Made by a program: the position numbers and the translations under genes. The notes beneath the pieces are model-generated. The model was not told the origin of the DNA. It was given only the letters and a program-made list of their open reading frames with translations, and ran no database searches. 64,000 nt of DNA from Octopus sinensis (taxonomy: Eukaryota), in NCBI RefSeq assembly GCF_006345805.1, contig NC_042997.1, positions 135,594,001 through 135,658,000 of the forward strand, read 5' to 3'. This document shows, piece after piece, positions 12,860-26,299 of the stretch; within the stretch, counting starts at the first letter, position 1; each line of letters begins with the position of its first letter.

Positions 12860-13250
12860 TTCTATTTTATAATTATTATAATCTTCCACCGAGGAGGGAG
12901 CCGGTCTCCAACAAAGATACAAGGCGCCATCTTTGGAAAGTAGTTAACACAGACAAATTCACATTTGTAACTTGAGAAAAGGTTTGCATATTTTTACTGT
13001 TTCACTCACAGATTGCACTTGTAATATATGAATTAGCCGGTCGATTTCTATTTCTGAACATCCCAATTTATCCAGATTCTCCTTTAAGCATTTACTAACA
13101 AAACCTAGTGCTAAAATTGTTGTTGGTATGAATATGAATTCATTATCTGGATATAGAAGCTGAACGTCTTGCAGCAATTGTCCATAGATATCCTCTTTTA
13201 CTTTGATTTTCAAAGAGATATCTATATCTGCGTGGCAGCTGACCTCAATG
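12860..13250 (-). mobile_element. 3' end of a restriction-like-endonuclease (RLE) non-LTR retrotransposon
   Basis: IEVSCHADIDI...KEDIYGQLL...IPTTILALG...ETVKICK resembles the RLE C-terminal domain; a short 3' UTR follows. Confidence 0.7.
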
Positions 13251-13332
13251 AAGGTACGTATGTGTGTATGCATTTATACATACCTATATATATATATATG
13301 CGTATATATGTATATCTATCTATCTATCTCTT

Positions 13333-13412
<80 letters not shown>

Positions 13413-13416
<4 letters not shown>

Positions 13417-15476
13417 AAATAGAGGAGGACTCAATAGCTAGAAACAAGAGCAATTACACCCCCACCAAAGGTAAGAATAAAGCCTTAGACTGCTATTGTG
13501 ACTACATAACTAATTTCCCGTTTCAATTCATCAAGAAACAAAAACACAGCCCTAACTTCAACAAAAGAGAATGGAACGACCTCATCAAACTAAGAGAAGA
13601 CAAAACAATAACAATTAAGGAGGCAGATAAGGGCAACGCGATAGTAATAATGAATACAAACAATTATAAAAATTTAGTGCTATCCCTATTAAGAGATGAA
13701 GCGTATTATGAAAGGGCCCAACAGTATAACCAGCAAAAAATAATGCATAACCTTAGGACATTAATCAACACATACCAAGAAGGACTCACGAACAAGGAGT
13801 ATGAATACATCACTAACTTCAAATGCAAATCGAGTTTGTTCTATGGTATCCCTAAGGTACACAAAAGCCAAACCATTAGAGAAACGTGCAAAACATCCAC
13901 CGACACACTCATCAAAATCCCTTCACCAAATGATCTTAAACTAAGACCGATAATAGCAGGACCAGCATGTGAAACTCACCGCCTCAGCAATTTCTTAGAC
14001 ACACTTCTTAAACCTTTCCTAAAACACATCAAAAGCTACGTAAGAGACGATATAGATATGCTCAACCACCTCCCTAAAACAGTCAATGAGAAAACCCTTC
14101 TAGTATCATTCGACGTAGTTAATCTTTATTCTAACATCCCTCACAACCTAGGAATAGAAGCGATCACCTTCTGGCTGAATAACTACCCCTTTGAACTCCC
14201 AACTCGCATAAACAAAGACCTTATAATAGAAGGACTTAGATTCATTTTAGAGAACAATTATTTTATTTTTGACAATGATTTCTACAGGCAAAGATCTTTT
14301 GCCAACCTAGTGATGGGATACCTCGAGAAAATACTATACCGGATGACACTCGAGAAATATGGAAACACCTTCGCCACCTATATCCATAACAACTGGAAAA
14401 GATACCTCGATGACTGTTTCATCATCTGGGACAAAGGTATAGAGAAACTTGAGGAATTTAAAATACTATTAAATGGAATAAATGACAATATACAATTCAC
14501 GATGGACCACAACGAAAAAGAATTACCATTTTTAGACATCCTCATTAAGAAAACCGGCAACAAAATAGAGACAGATATCTACTATAAACCGACAGACTCT
14601 AAACAGTACCTACCCTTTGATTCATGCCACCCACGACACACTAGAATGAATGTCCCTTTTTGTTTAGCTAGAAGGATTTGCACCATAATATCAGACACAA
14701 ACACCCGACACATACGTCTCCAGGAACTTAGAACCACACTCACAAATAGAAACTATCCACAGCCCCTAATAGACAGTGCAATCCAACGGGTACTTAAATT
14801 AAGTATAGAAGGCCTGAGACAAACAAAACCAAAAAAGAAAGAACAATTAAAAACCCTTCCCTACATTTCTACACACAACCCACTCAACAATGAGGCCTTC
14901 AATACCATACTACAAAGCACAGCCCTACTAAAGGGAGACCCAAAGATGAACCGGATCCTCGAAACACACACCATCATTAAAAGTAAACGGCAACCAAAAT
15001 CCTTGAAAAGGATTTTAACCCAAGCTACACTGCACTCAACATCAACCACAAGACCAGCAGTTAGAAAATGTGGAAGGCCCAACTGCGGAATCTGTGTCAT
15101 CTTGAAAGAAGGATCAGAATTTATACTGGAACAAGGCCACCAGTTCACCATTAGAACAAACTTCACCTGCGCATCAGAAAACTTAATTTACGTCATAACA
15201 TGCGCAGGCTGCAATAGGCAGTATATAGGCCATACAAAAAATAGCTTACGTAACAGGATGGCGGTGCATAAATCACAAATTAGAAACCCTGATTACCGCA
15301 AAATACCGGTCAGCGGACACATAGATAGATGTGCTGGAAATTTAAATCCGAAATTTACAACTAACCCGCTCTATAAATTCAGTGACAACGCAACCTTCAC
15401 ACAACGCCAAAATAAAGAACTATATTTCATAAAAAAATTTAGACCAAGTTTAAACACCCTGGGCCAGGAATACTAA
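13413..15476 (+). pseudogene. PLE RT-GIY-YIG polyprotein (~687 aa of real ORF), probably inactive
   Basis: Motifs KEADKGNAIV, LRPIIAG, SFDVVNLY, RYLDDCF, LPFLD, CGRPNCGIC and NLIYVITCAGCNRQYIG. The first ~70 aa of the listed ORF are microsatellite. The QxxGxxMG segment is missing in frame. Confidence 0.88.
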
Positions 15477-15639
15477 AACAAAAGATAAGTCCTCCGAAAA
15501 GGAGAAGTAAAATTCCACCACGACCGCTACTTCAAACAGACACTCACTCTGACGGAAATATACCTAAGTAAAAAAGGGAAAAAAATTCTTTCGTGCAAAT
15601 CTGACCCTGATACACACGATACAGCTAAGGGTCACACCC

Positions 15640-16190
15640 GATTCTGATTGGTCAACAAGTTGATGACGTCTAGCTCAGCTAGAATGGACAGGATACAAAC
15701 AGGGGACAGTCATTAGTCAGAATATTGATGACGTCCTTTTCTGCTTGAATAGTCACCTAACAAGTACAGACAGGGGGCAGATCTAATGTAGCTATAAGTC
15801 GTGATTGGGCAGAATCTGCATGACGTCCCGTTCTGCTTGACTAACGAAGCGACTGGTCAGGACAGGAAACAAACAAGAGGCAGTTATAATGCAGCGATTG
15901 GTCAAAATAATGATGACGTCCCGTTCTACTTGACTAACGAAGCGACTGGTCAAAACAGAAACAAACAAGAGTCAGTTATAATGCAGCGATTGGTCAAAAT
16001 AATGATGACGTCCCGTTCTACTTGACTAAAGCCACCTAACGAAACGATTGGTCAAAACGTTGATGACGTCACGCTACGCTAAATTGACCACCTAACAGGC
16101 ATTATAAAACGGAGCACTTCACAAAAACTCATTAGAACCACCCAGCGAACATCCACCATGGGTCATCACATTTGCTTAAGGTAAAAATGA
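15640..16190 (+). promoter_or_regulatory. Pol II promoter-like block in the PLE pseudo-LTR
   Basis: ~92-bp tandem units carrying ATTGG (reverse CCAAT) and TGACGTC; perfect TGACGTCA at 16064-16071; TATAAAA at 16103-16109; Inr-like TCATT at 16129-16133; CCACCATGG with ATG at 16158; AG|GTAAAA donor at 16181. Confidence 0.6.
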
Positions 16191-16450
16191 ATTCCTCGCT
16201 CTTTCGGAAACATCAATCTTCTGTATTGACCGCTTTCCACCACTTTGATCTGTTTTTTGTATTGAATACGTATCGCCACCGTGGGCCACTGCATCGAACA
16301 CTTTGAACATATACTTCAAACTATATATCAACTATACATGAACTATATATCAACTATACATGAACTCTAAGATGTCTGACTCCGTTGTGTATTATAAATG
16401 AATTTCTTGTGTTTGACGGATTGAGCTGTCTTTTTTTATATATAACTTTT

Positions 16451-16484
16451 TTGATAAAGTTCATTTCAGGAACTGAAACATGTT
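16451..16484 (+). ncRNA. Minimal hammerhead-like motif, U3-A8 variant
   Basis: TTGATAA, stem II AGTTC-atttcag-GAACT, GAAA, palindromic ACATGT, U at position 17. Stem I is poorly defined. Confidence 0.5.
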
Positions 16485-16548
16485 ATAATGTATATATATA
16501 AAAATTAAAAATTGTATAATACAGCAGCATTTTCGAACTTCATTTTTT

Positions 16549-16648
<100 letters not shown>

Positions 16649-16651
16649 ATA

Positions 16652-18120
16652 CTAGACTACCCGTGACCCGTTAGTCACCAGTAGTCCAAGGTACCCGAAA
16701 AAATCCATGATCCGATTACGTGAAACTTCTGTTATTGCGTGTGTGTTCACATTTCAGTGGTACCTTACTTTCACAGCATTTTCCTCATTACACGCCGGCT
16801 TGACTATGTATAAAGGTACCCGGAAAGCCGCGTATCTCGGTATCCCCTGGTCCGATTTACGCAAAACTTGAGTTATTCAGTTTGTATTCACATAAGCATC
16901 CGATTCATGACTTCTGCTTTTGTCTCTTTCTTTCTGTTTCGCCAGACGCTAGGCTCTTCAAGTGTCCGATTCCTGATCTCTCCTGCTTCTGTCTCTTTCC
17001 CTCTGTTCCTCCTGATGGTCAGCCCTTGCTTCATAAGTCTCATCGACCCTTCTGTTCCCATGTCTGTCCCGATCTTGGATAAATATTTCGTAAAGGACCT
17101 GTTCGTACTTGGTTTGTAATAATTTTTTCCACGGGTCTGTTCGAGTGCATTCAACGTATCTCACCTCCAAATCCACCACAGGCCACTTTCTGCCAGAAAA
17201 AAAGGGGTGAGGGGTTGTGGGAAACTCAAAATTTCTTGGGAATCTCTGAGTTTTCTCCCAACGGAGTTTTGTTTCGTGGTGTTTCATTTTCTTTTCCAGG
17301 CTATTCCGCATGCTTTCAACGAAAGTGACATCGATATCACACGTAAATGGCTCCATTGGGTCATTGACGGTTCAGGTTATAAAACATTGAAGCTGAATTC
17401 AATGTTGCGTTGAAATGAAGGAATTTATTCATACTTGTCTTAGATTTTCTTTTACCTTCCACGTTCTGACGCCGGAAGGAATATTTGCACATTTTCATAT
17501 TGTTACAGTCTGTGCGCAAGAATACTTTTGATGGCAACATTCCTAATTGACTTGGTAGCCTTCAGAAGCACTCTGACATTCCCCTTTCATTTCCTGTGTC
17601 TAAGGGACACATACAGTTGACCGTGTCGGAATACAGGTCATTCCAGATAAATCAAGACGTTGTCCATAGTTTGTCTTTGTGCTTAATGAATTGTCATAGC
17701 GAACTGGGAATTGGCTTTGCTGCAAAGGAATACCCTCACCTTCGGATAGATTAACTGTTATTCTTGGTATCATAACGATTTTATTTCTGAAAGCGGCAGT
17801 GTTAATTCTCGCTACTATGAGACTGTCCTGCAGTTCTTCCATGATCATACGCGTTCCATCACAAAGCCTTGGAGGATTCAAGTTTCTCATTAGAATTATG
17901 GGCGATCCTTTTATCAATTACAGCTTATGTGGTAGCAGTCCTGATCAATCGAATCAAGGAATTCAGTCTGGAAATTTGTGACATAGGCACCATCACTCAC
18001 AGAATCATAAGATCGGTACTCTTTTATGATTCTAGGGAAGCGTCTGATACATGTGGAATTGATGCTTCTCATCACTTGATTAAGAAGTACTAAGATGCCC
18101 TTTTCTCGAAACCTTTTCAC
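16652..18120 (-). mobile_element. Helitron derivative (helicase remnant and 3' terminus)
   Basis: Minus-strand PIF1-type helicase fragments; on the minus strand the element ends in ...cgggtcacgggtagtCTAG|T at 16652, the typical Helitron 3' CTAG followed by T. Confidence 0.7.
17560..18120 (-). pseudogene. Helitron Rep-Hel helicase C-terminal fragment
   Basis: GSPIILMRNLNPPRLCDGTRM...IPRI...QFPV and YRSYDSV...FQTEFLDS, frameshifted. Confidence 0.88.
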
Positions 18121-18952
18121 CTGGATCGTCGATTCCCAACAACAGTTTTGATTCGTGGGGTTTTTTTTAGGTTATGTCGCATGCTTTCAACAAATATGAC
18201 ATCGAAACAGGCGTAAACGGCTCCTTTCCAGAGAAAAGGAAAGATTTGGCTACTATTTCTTGCACACCCTCCTACTACGTAAGAGCTATTTCGGGTTCTT
18301 TATCGCAAATAGCTGTTATGTGGTAGCAGGACGTGCTAGAAATAGCAGCCAAATCTTTGGATGTGAGATATGTTGAATGCACTCGAAAAACTCCTATGGA
18401 AAAAATTATTTCACACCGAGGTTATGAACGGGTCTTTTACGAAATATTTACCGTATTTTTAGAGCCATTTTCACTTTAAAATAATTTTGAAATGTGCCCG
18501 CAAAAATATTTGCAATGGTATTCTGTTTAACGAAAGCTGAAATATAAGCATCTTACATTTTTAAAATCACATTCACTTAAAAATGTTTCTAAATGATTAA
18601 TATGTGTTTAACAAAAGCGAAAATATAAACATTTACTGTTAAAAACAACTAGAATCTTCGTTAGCAAGTTAAAGACGTTTGCCAATCTCAATATCTCTAA
18701 TCGAAAGGCTAGAATTTCTTTCCTTTCGGGGCTAAGTTACTTTCGGAGTGTTTTCCAATTATGCACCGATTTGGCTATTTATACCCGCTAATTCCTCAAT
18801 ATCTCAAGAACCAGTTGTCCGAGTTACACGAAACTTGTTTTATTCCGTTTTTTATTAACATTTCACGAGGGCCTTAATTTATAGCATTTTCCAATTATGC
18901 GTCAGTTTGGCTGTGTAACATTGCAAGCAAGCAAGATTGAAGTTCATTTTTA

Positions 18953-18954
<2 letters not shown>

Positions 18955-19037
<83 letters not shown>

Positions 19038-19075
19038 AAGAAGAAGAAGAAGAAGAAGAGAAGAAGAAGAAGAAT
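18955..19075. repeat. (TAA)n-(GAA)n compound microsatellite
   Basis: Direct reading. Confidence 0.95.
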
Positions 19076-19177
19076 AGAAGTGAAATGTACAGTTTACATA
19101 GTTGTAACATATTTATTATATATTTTTGCATTACAACCCAGCACGTGGGAATATTCTCTTTATCGAAATTCTTTTTT

Positions 19178-19222
<45 letters not shown>

Positions 19223-19889
19223 TTAAAATTTCTAAGCCTCTCTAAAGGAGACTATGGCAGCGGTACTGGATATTAATAGTTATCGCCAAGCTAATAGGGC
19301 AGTTCAGAAATATAGGACGAATGCTGCCGTTGATTAGCTCCAAGAGGCGATCGTCTGTAGCTAGCTATGTGACACACGAACCTGTGTCCATTATAACCTT
19401 CGAAGTATTTTGCTATCTTGCTTATAACTAGCTATTTTGCTCATATATACTCACATAGAGATGGATGGATGGATAGATGGATGGATGGATGGATGGATGG
19501 ATGGATGGATGGATGGATGTCCGAAGCAAAGCATCCTTACTTATCAAATGCATACTTTGACTATATAATAAGCATCAGCTGAAATGTGAAAGGTTAACCA
19601 TGTAAGTACTGCTATGTTATAACAAACTGAACGCTTAGTAGTCGAGTTCACTCAGCTGGAAGTATTTCCAGTGGATGTCATTGCTAGTCATACTGCTATG
19701 TATTTTGATAACCCTGCCCAACAGATGCTCATTTTACCTATCTATAGTAATGAGCAATAGTTTTCTATCGTGAAGATAGCGCAGTATTCACTAGATTGCA
19801 AACATGCCGATAATTGACACGCATGTATACATATATACATTACCTTGTAACACTGGAATACATTCATGCATCAATCATTATACATTGGC

Positions 19890-20040
19890 GTCAACTTTGG
19901 CACAGAGTCAGTTGTTCCGGTGAAGAGGCTAAGTCGATTACATTGACTCTAGTGTTGAACTAGTACTTATTTTATTGACCCTGAAACGATAAAAGCAAAG
20001 TCGATACCGGTGGCATTTGAACTCTCGATAAGCAGTTTAC
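19890..20040 (-). mobile_element. Degenerate SINE
   Basis: ctttggcaca...taagtcgattacattgac...agtacttattttt...aaagcaaagtcga...atttgaactc matches the reverse complement of the 5068 family. Confidence 0.65.
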
Positions 20041-20878
20041 CCGGCGTGATAAAGATCCTTCCACATCCCCGCCTTATTCATAAATATATATTGTAATATT
20101 GTAATATATATTTTTTTTCTGAAGAAACGTTTCTAAAGAACTTTTTTTTTTCTGAAGTACCAGGATGTACAAGGCACGTACTCGGTCCCATGGTGTATGA
20201 GCAACCGATTTGTCTCTGAATGGGACATGATTATTTGCAGGGTTAAAAACCAGCAAATTTTGAGGGGGATTACATCAACCCCAGGATTTAAGTGGTCCTT
20301 TATATCTATCGTTCCCGGAAGGAGGAAAATAAAGTTGATTTCCCAAAGATTTCAACTGGGAACCTAAAAAGCCACGAGAATAATTTATATGAGCGGATAT
20401 TTGTACTTTTATACTAGCGTTAACAGATATGAATGGTTTCGCTATTTTTCGGCCTAATCTTATGAAATTTACATCATAAACATATGTTTAAACTCACCGA
20501 TTTGTTTTATAGGAAAGCTAATACGAGCAAGCAGTTAAAGAGTGTGTATGTAGCATAAACGCCGAGTTTTGTATTTTGATTCAGACACATATAGTCTTAA
20601 CGTAAAGCTGAAGCAGATTCAACGCGACACAGTTTCTGGCAAGGCTATATCTCAGAAATTTACGTACATTTCATCTGGTGGGCTTACATAGAGTACCCCA
20701 CCATCCAATTTCAATTAGATGTTCTGGGTTGACCCAAGGCTAAGAAAATTACTTTTGTCCAGGGCATCAGCTGAAGATTGTTATTGCAAGGGGAACTACT
20801 TACCTATTTAGTCATATTCCCCTAAATAAAAATAAAATAATATCAACACTTTTAACTTCAAGATTCCTTTTATATTTA

Positions 20879-21642
20879 CCCATTTAACATTTAAACCGGC
20901 CATATCCGGTCCAAATATGCCTCCTGGTTTAATTTCAAACTGGCCAGCTCTAGCCTCTCAAACTTACCCTATTATGTGAGACCCATATTGAAGTACGGGA
21001 TTCAAACCTCTTCTCCTTATTTCCTCAAAGACATACAACATCTCGAAAGAGTCCAGAAGCTGACTACCCGCATGGTTCTTGATCTCAAGCATTTGTATTA
21101 TGAAGAAAGGCTGAAGACGCTCGACCTTTATTCTCTAGAAAAACGACGACACTTTGGTGATCTCATTCTTGCTCACAACATCATAAGCGGAAAGTGTAAC
21201 CTCTCGAAAGAGCTGTTCTTCACTCCTGCTCCAGAGCGTCGGCTGCGGGGTCACTCCGAAAAGCTCTATCTGCGACGATTTCATCTCAATCGAAGGAGTG
21301 GGGCTTTCTACGTCCGGGTTGCGGATCAGTAAAATAAGCTGCCGGACGAGATAGTGAAGATGCCGACGACCGCTCGGTTCAAAGTCTCCCTTGACCACAA
21401 GTGGCCTGAACTCTTTACATGAACACCACCCTGTACATAACTCCATGTCCCCCTACATGGCCTTGCTTTTTGCTTTTTGTGTCAAAAAATTAACTAACTA
21501 ACTAACTAACTAACATGTCATCCTAAAAATAAGTAATAGCATCATAAAAATCTTAAAGCTATGAGACTACTAGATTACTTCAAGATAATACTGATACGTA
21601 AGCTTTACATTTTGCAGAGTAATTTGAACACTAGACTGTTAA
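20879..21642. mobile_element. Old MITE-like element interrupted by the CR1 insertion
   Basis: Segments 20879-20972 and 21514-21642 look like two halves of one short repeat with TTAA-like boundaries. The ends are degenerate and the call rests on family recognition. Confidence 0.3.
20975..21513 (+). mobile_element. 5'-truncated CR1 LINE
   Basis: RPILKYGIQTSSPY...LERVQK...YEERLKTLDLYSLEKRR...RGHSEKL...RV; 3' tail of (AACT)n at ~21490-21513. Confidence 0.9.
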
Positions 21643-21751
21643 AGTGATATGAGTTCTGACAAGTCTTAAAGAGAAACAAAAGCGAAACAGGGGAAAACAC
21701 AGTTCAGTTACTATTCTTGTATGTATGTACACACAATCACATACGCGTATA

Positions 21752-21826
<75 letters not shown>

Positions 21827-21827
21827 A

Positions 21828-21872
21828 AAGATAGATAGATAGAAGATAGATAGATAGATAGATAGATAGACT

Positions 21873-21952
<80 letters not shown>

Positions 21953-21958
21953 TAGATA
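21828..21958. repeat. (GATA)n microsatellite
   Basis: Direct reading. Confidence 0.95.
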
Positions 21959-22779
21959 TATACATACATATATATCTTCATATATGTTATATATAATCAT
22001 ATATATATACATACATAAGTACATACAAACATACATTCATATTCCGTACGTACATACAGGCATATATTACATACATAAATATACGCATGCATAATGTTTA
22101 TTGATGGAAATAATCTCCTTTGGTTTTCTCATAATAGTATAATAAAAGGATGTAAAGCCGAACAAAAGTTAAATTCCGTTGATAACATGACATGATCTAT
22201 ATTTGCTAAAACAGGTGTATAACTTCATCTACGTTTTTAAATTCAATATATAATAGAATTCTGAACCAAACTGAGACAACTTATGAAGACCTACAGATAT
22301 TTTTGCTACGTGATATCATACTCGAATATCAATTTGCCATAATTTCTTTCCAGTTATCTTATGTCTATAAATGTTATATGAACACATTAAGTTCATACAT
22401 ATTATATCTATTATATCATTCCCAATGTAAGTATCATAGGCGCGCACGTTCAAGATTCATGTCTATTTAGATTACTTCATATATTTGATGACTCAGATCC
22501 AAGATGCAAGCTACATACTTTCTAAATGTTCTTTAGTAACACATTCATATTTACATCACTTCAATCATTTGTGAAAGCTAACATGTTTGCAACTTAAAGC
22601 ATATTTATGGCTCTAGACAGGCACTAGTGTGCTAACATCAAATATTTTAAGCACGGAAATTCATCGAAATATTAACTCAGCTACTTGAGTACGACAGAAA
22701 ATGCTTCACTATTACATGAAAAGGAATTGAATTATGGTGAACTTTATTCCAAATTGTATTTCAATATTGGTTTCAAATT

Positions 22780-22940
22780 TCGGCACAAGGCTAGCAGATT
22801 TAAGGATGAGGTTAAGTCGATTACAACGACCCCATTGTAGAACTTGGATTTACTTTTCGACCCCGCAATGAGAAAATGTGAAATAACCATCGTTTGAATT
22901 TGAACTCAGAACGTAAAAACGGATGAAATGCCGCTAAGCA
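22780..22940 (-). mobile_element. SINE
   Basis: tttcggcacaagg...gtcgattacaacgacccc...tttgaactcagaacgta...aaatgccgctaagcat. Confidence 0.7.
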
Positions 22941-23077
22941 TATCCCTTTTGTTTTTTCTGTAATCTCTTGAATTCTTGTGTCTAGATATTGACACAGAAA
23001 CTCTAACTTCTTTCGTTACATATTTATTTCTTCTAAATAACACAATGAGGGATTATTTGGATGAGTTCTGCTTATTG

Positions 23078-23113
<36 letters not shown>

Positions 23114-23123
23114 ATATCGATCA

Positions 23124-23330
23124 AGGCGGCGCGCTGGCAGAATCGTTAGTACGCCGGTCGAAGAGCATAGAGGTATTTTGTCTCTCTTCAAGTTCTCACT
23201 TCAAAAATCCGCCGAGGTCGACTTTGCTTCTCATTCTTTCGGGGTCGACAAATTAAGTACCAGTGAATTGATAATTGACTAGTCGCTTTCCCCAAAATGG
23301 CTATCCTTGTGCCAAAATTTTAAACCATTA
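23124..23330 (+). mobile_element. tRNA-derived SINE
   Basis: ggcggcgcgctggcagaatcgttag head and gccgaggtcgactttgc body, as at 5068. Confidence 0.8.
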
Positions 23331-23399
23331 TTATTATTATTATTGATGTGTGAGTGCGTGTGTCTGTGTGTATGTCTATCTGTGAAGAGAGGGTGAATG

Positions 23400-23700
23400 T
23401 GCGTGGCCTATATGTTAGGCGCGTTGCACTGACGATCGTGGGATCGTGGTTTCGATTCGCAGATAGCTCCGCGTTGTATTCTCGAGCAAAACACTTCATT
23501 TCACGTTTCTCCAGTCCACGTAGCTGTAAATAGGTAACGCTGCGACGGTCTAGCTTTCAGATCAGGGGGACTGCTGGCCTACATACTTGGCCGGGGGAAT
23601 TTCATCATTCGAAAACCTAAACGACGGAAATAGTATTGTGACCAGTGATATATAACAGCATTCCGATAGTCTGGTTGATCACATGATCACATGATGCATA
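23400..23700 (+). mobile_element. Second tRNA-derived SINE family
   Basis: B-box-like ggtttcgattc followed by gagcaaaacacttcatttcacg...cagtccac...agctgtaaatagg. Confidence 0.55.
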
Positions 23701-23812
23701 CATAAATACACACATGTAAATACATACGCACATACATTTACTGAAATACGTTCATATATATGCATGTATGTACTATGTATGCCTGTATGTATGTTTAACA
23801 CACTCACATATA

Positions 23813-23868
<56 letters not shown>

Positions 23869-24185
23869 GTGTATTATATAGTCAGGAAGAATGTACATAA
23901 ATAATTCATAGTAGTTTGCTCAATAAAAGTCCGCAACAATTATTCATAAAAATGAAAAATTCTCCGAGGCGACTACAACTGGCTCGAAAAGGAATGAATA
24001 AGCAAAAAAATTCAAATTGTAAGAAAGAATAAAAATCACAGATCACCGTCATTCATAATTTGCAGAATGGCCAGATTCGAAAAAAGTATCTCATACATTA
24101 TGGGATAAAAAAAGAAACAAATGCATGCAGCACTCAATCACATTGAAGTACATGAAAACGTAAATCGCTCAATACGTTGGATACC

Positions 24186-24229
<44 letters not shown>

Positions 24230-24233
24230 CACG

Positions 24234-24274
<41 letters not shown>

Positions 24275-24279
24275 GCACG

Positions 24280-24343
<64 letters not shown>

Positions 24344-25105
24344 TATATAAAATCTGCTTGTTGGTTGCCCGATATACATTAGTTAGAGATGTGAAGGGAG
24401 AGTGAAGAAAGAAGAGAGGAAGAAGTAGAGAAAGCTGATTAATAATTAATACACTTCGGCCAAATGGTCACATGGTCAACTGAAGGTAGAGGCGAACAAT
24501 GAGAGAAAAAGACGACGAGAGAAAAAAGAGGGAGAGAGAAATATTAATAGGTTGGGTGGTAGGTTGGGGGAAAGAATATTTATTACGTAGTTAAGTTAGC
24601 TGAAGAGAAAGGTAGATAGAGAGGTGTGGACAGGGGAGGCAGTTAGATTGAGAGACCGGGGCAGAGGCGGTGGTGGTGGAGGTAGTGGTGGTGGTGTATT
24701 GATAGTGAAAAGTAATTTTTTTATTGAACTATTTTTTTATAGCGACCCTCACTTAATGCATGCGCGTAAGTTCCATTATTTATCGTCTACTTCCTTTTAA
24801 AATTGATATTAAGCCTAAAATTTGGATTCACAAAAAACAACGCTGCCAGCTGCCCAGGAAAGGATGCGGACCAGAGAGGAACAGCGAGAAAATATAATAA
24901 AAAGATGGAAAAGACAATACCTACGGAGATGTCGGTATTGTGAATGGATGCAGACGAACGACAAAAATACTTAAAGAAAATTAAACTATGAATGCTATAA
25001 GAACGCAAATCATCATTTATTTCATTCATAAATAGTTCGTCTTAAGTTTTCCATTCCTTGGAACTTCCAAGGCTCCCATTATTACACACGCGCACACACA
25101 CAAAC

Positions 25106-25147
<42 letters not shown>

Positions 25148-25152
25148 ACACA

Positions 25153-25229
<77 letters not shown>

Positions 25230-25389
25230 GTATATACATATTATACTCTCATAATAGTATAACAATTGACAATTCGAAATTTTGTGTTGCAATGGAAAAC
25301 CTTACGTTATTAATAAAAACGAGCTAGAACTATGATATCCAACATATATATGTATAAACGTATATGCCTGCAACATCAATATTAGCGGT

Positions 25390-25630
25390 TGGGAGGCAGT
25401 TGCCGGCAACCGTGGAGAATTGCGACGTACCATAAAAGAGGGAATACAAAGGAGTGACAGAGAGAGAGAGGAGAAATGGAAAGAAAGGAAGAGACGTAAA
25501 CAAGAGACTATGGCACTACAACCAGCCAGGAACAGTCTTCACTACATTTACGGTACCTGCCAGAGGGAGTGTTTGTCCAGGATAGGACTACACAGCCACA
25601 GCAGGAAATGTATCAGGACATGAAATATAA
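25390..25630 (+). mobile_element. 3' end of an RTE-clade LINE
   Basis: C-terminal CQRECLSRIGLHSHSRKC zinc-knuckle-like motif characteristic of RTE ORFs. Confidence 0.8.
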
Positions 25631-26299
25631 AAGCCGGACTAGACTACTTCATGCGCAACTCCATTGTCTCCCGAGACAGAAAGGATGCCAATACAATATA
25701 TATATATATATATATGTGTGTGGGGGGTGTATGTGTGTCTGTCTGTCTGTGTGTGTGTGAGATGGACTCTCCTACCGTTAAACGACGTATTCGACCGAAC
25801 AGACGTGTTCTTTTTTCCTCTCGTGAGTTCTACTATTTGTCTATATTGTGTTATCGTATTGTTCATTTTGTGTGTTATCGATTCTGAGCCTGCTTAGTAG
25901 GGAAGAATCGCGTTTAGAAAATCACCCTTTAAGGGGCTAATTGAACCTTTTTTGAAACTTCTTGTGTTAATTATTTACACATTTTCTGAAATTATGATTT
26001 CCAGCCAAAATACAGACAGCGCCTCTAATATCAACAGGATTACCTTCCCTGTCATGAACAGGAGGAGGTGAACCCAGAAGAAAACCAGAAATATACGACA
26101 AATTCTACAAAGGACACCCCAATGTGCAACAATAAAAAAGAACTGAAAAAGAAAATGAATTAAGCAAACCAAGTATAAGCCAGGAAAACCTAAAGGTTAA
26201 CCAGGCTAACCTAGAAAAATATAAAAGCTTAGCAAAGTGTGAAGGAAACAATATAAGCTTAACCCTAACCGGTGGTATAAATTCAACAAACAGCTAGAA

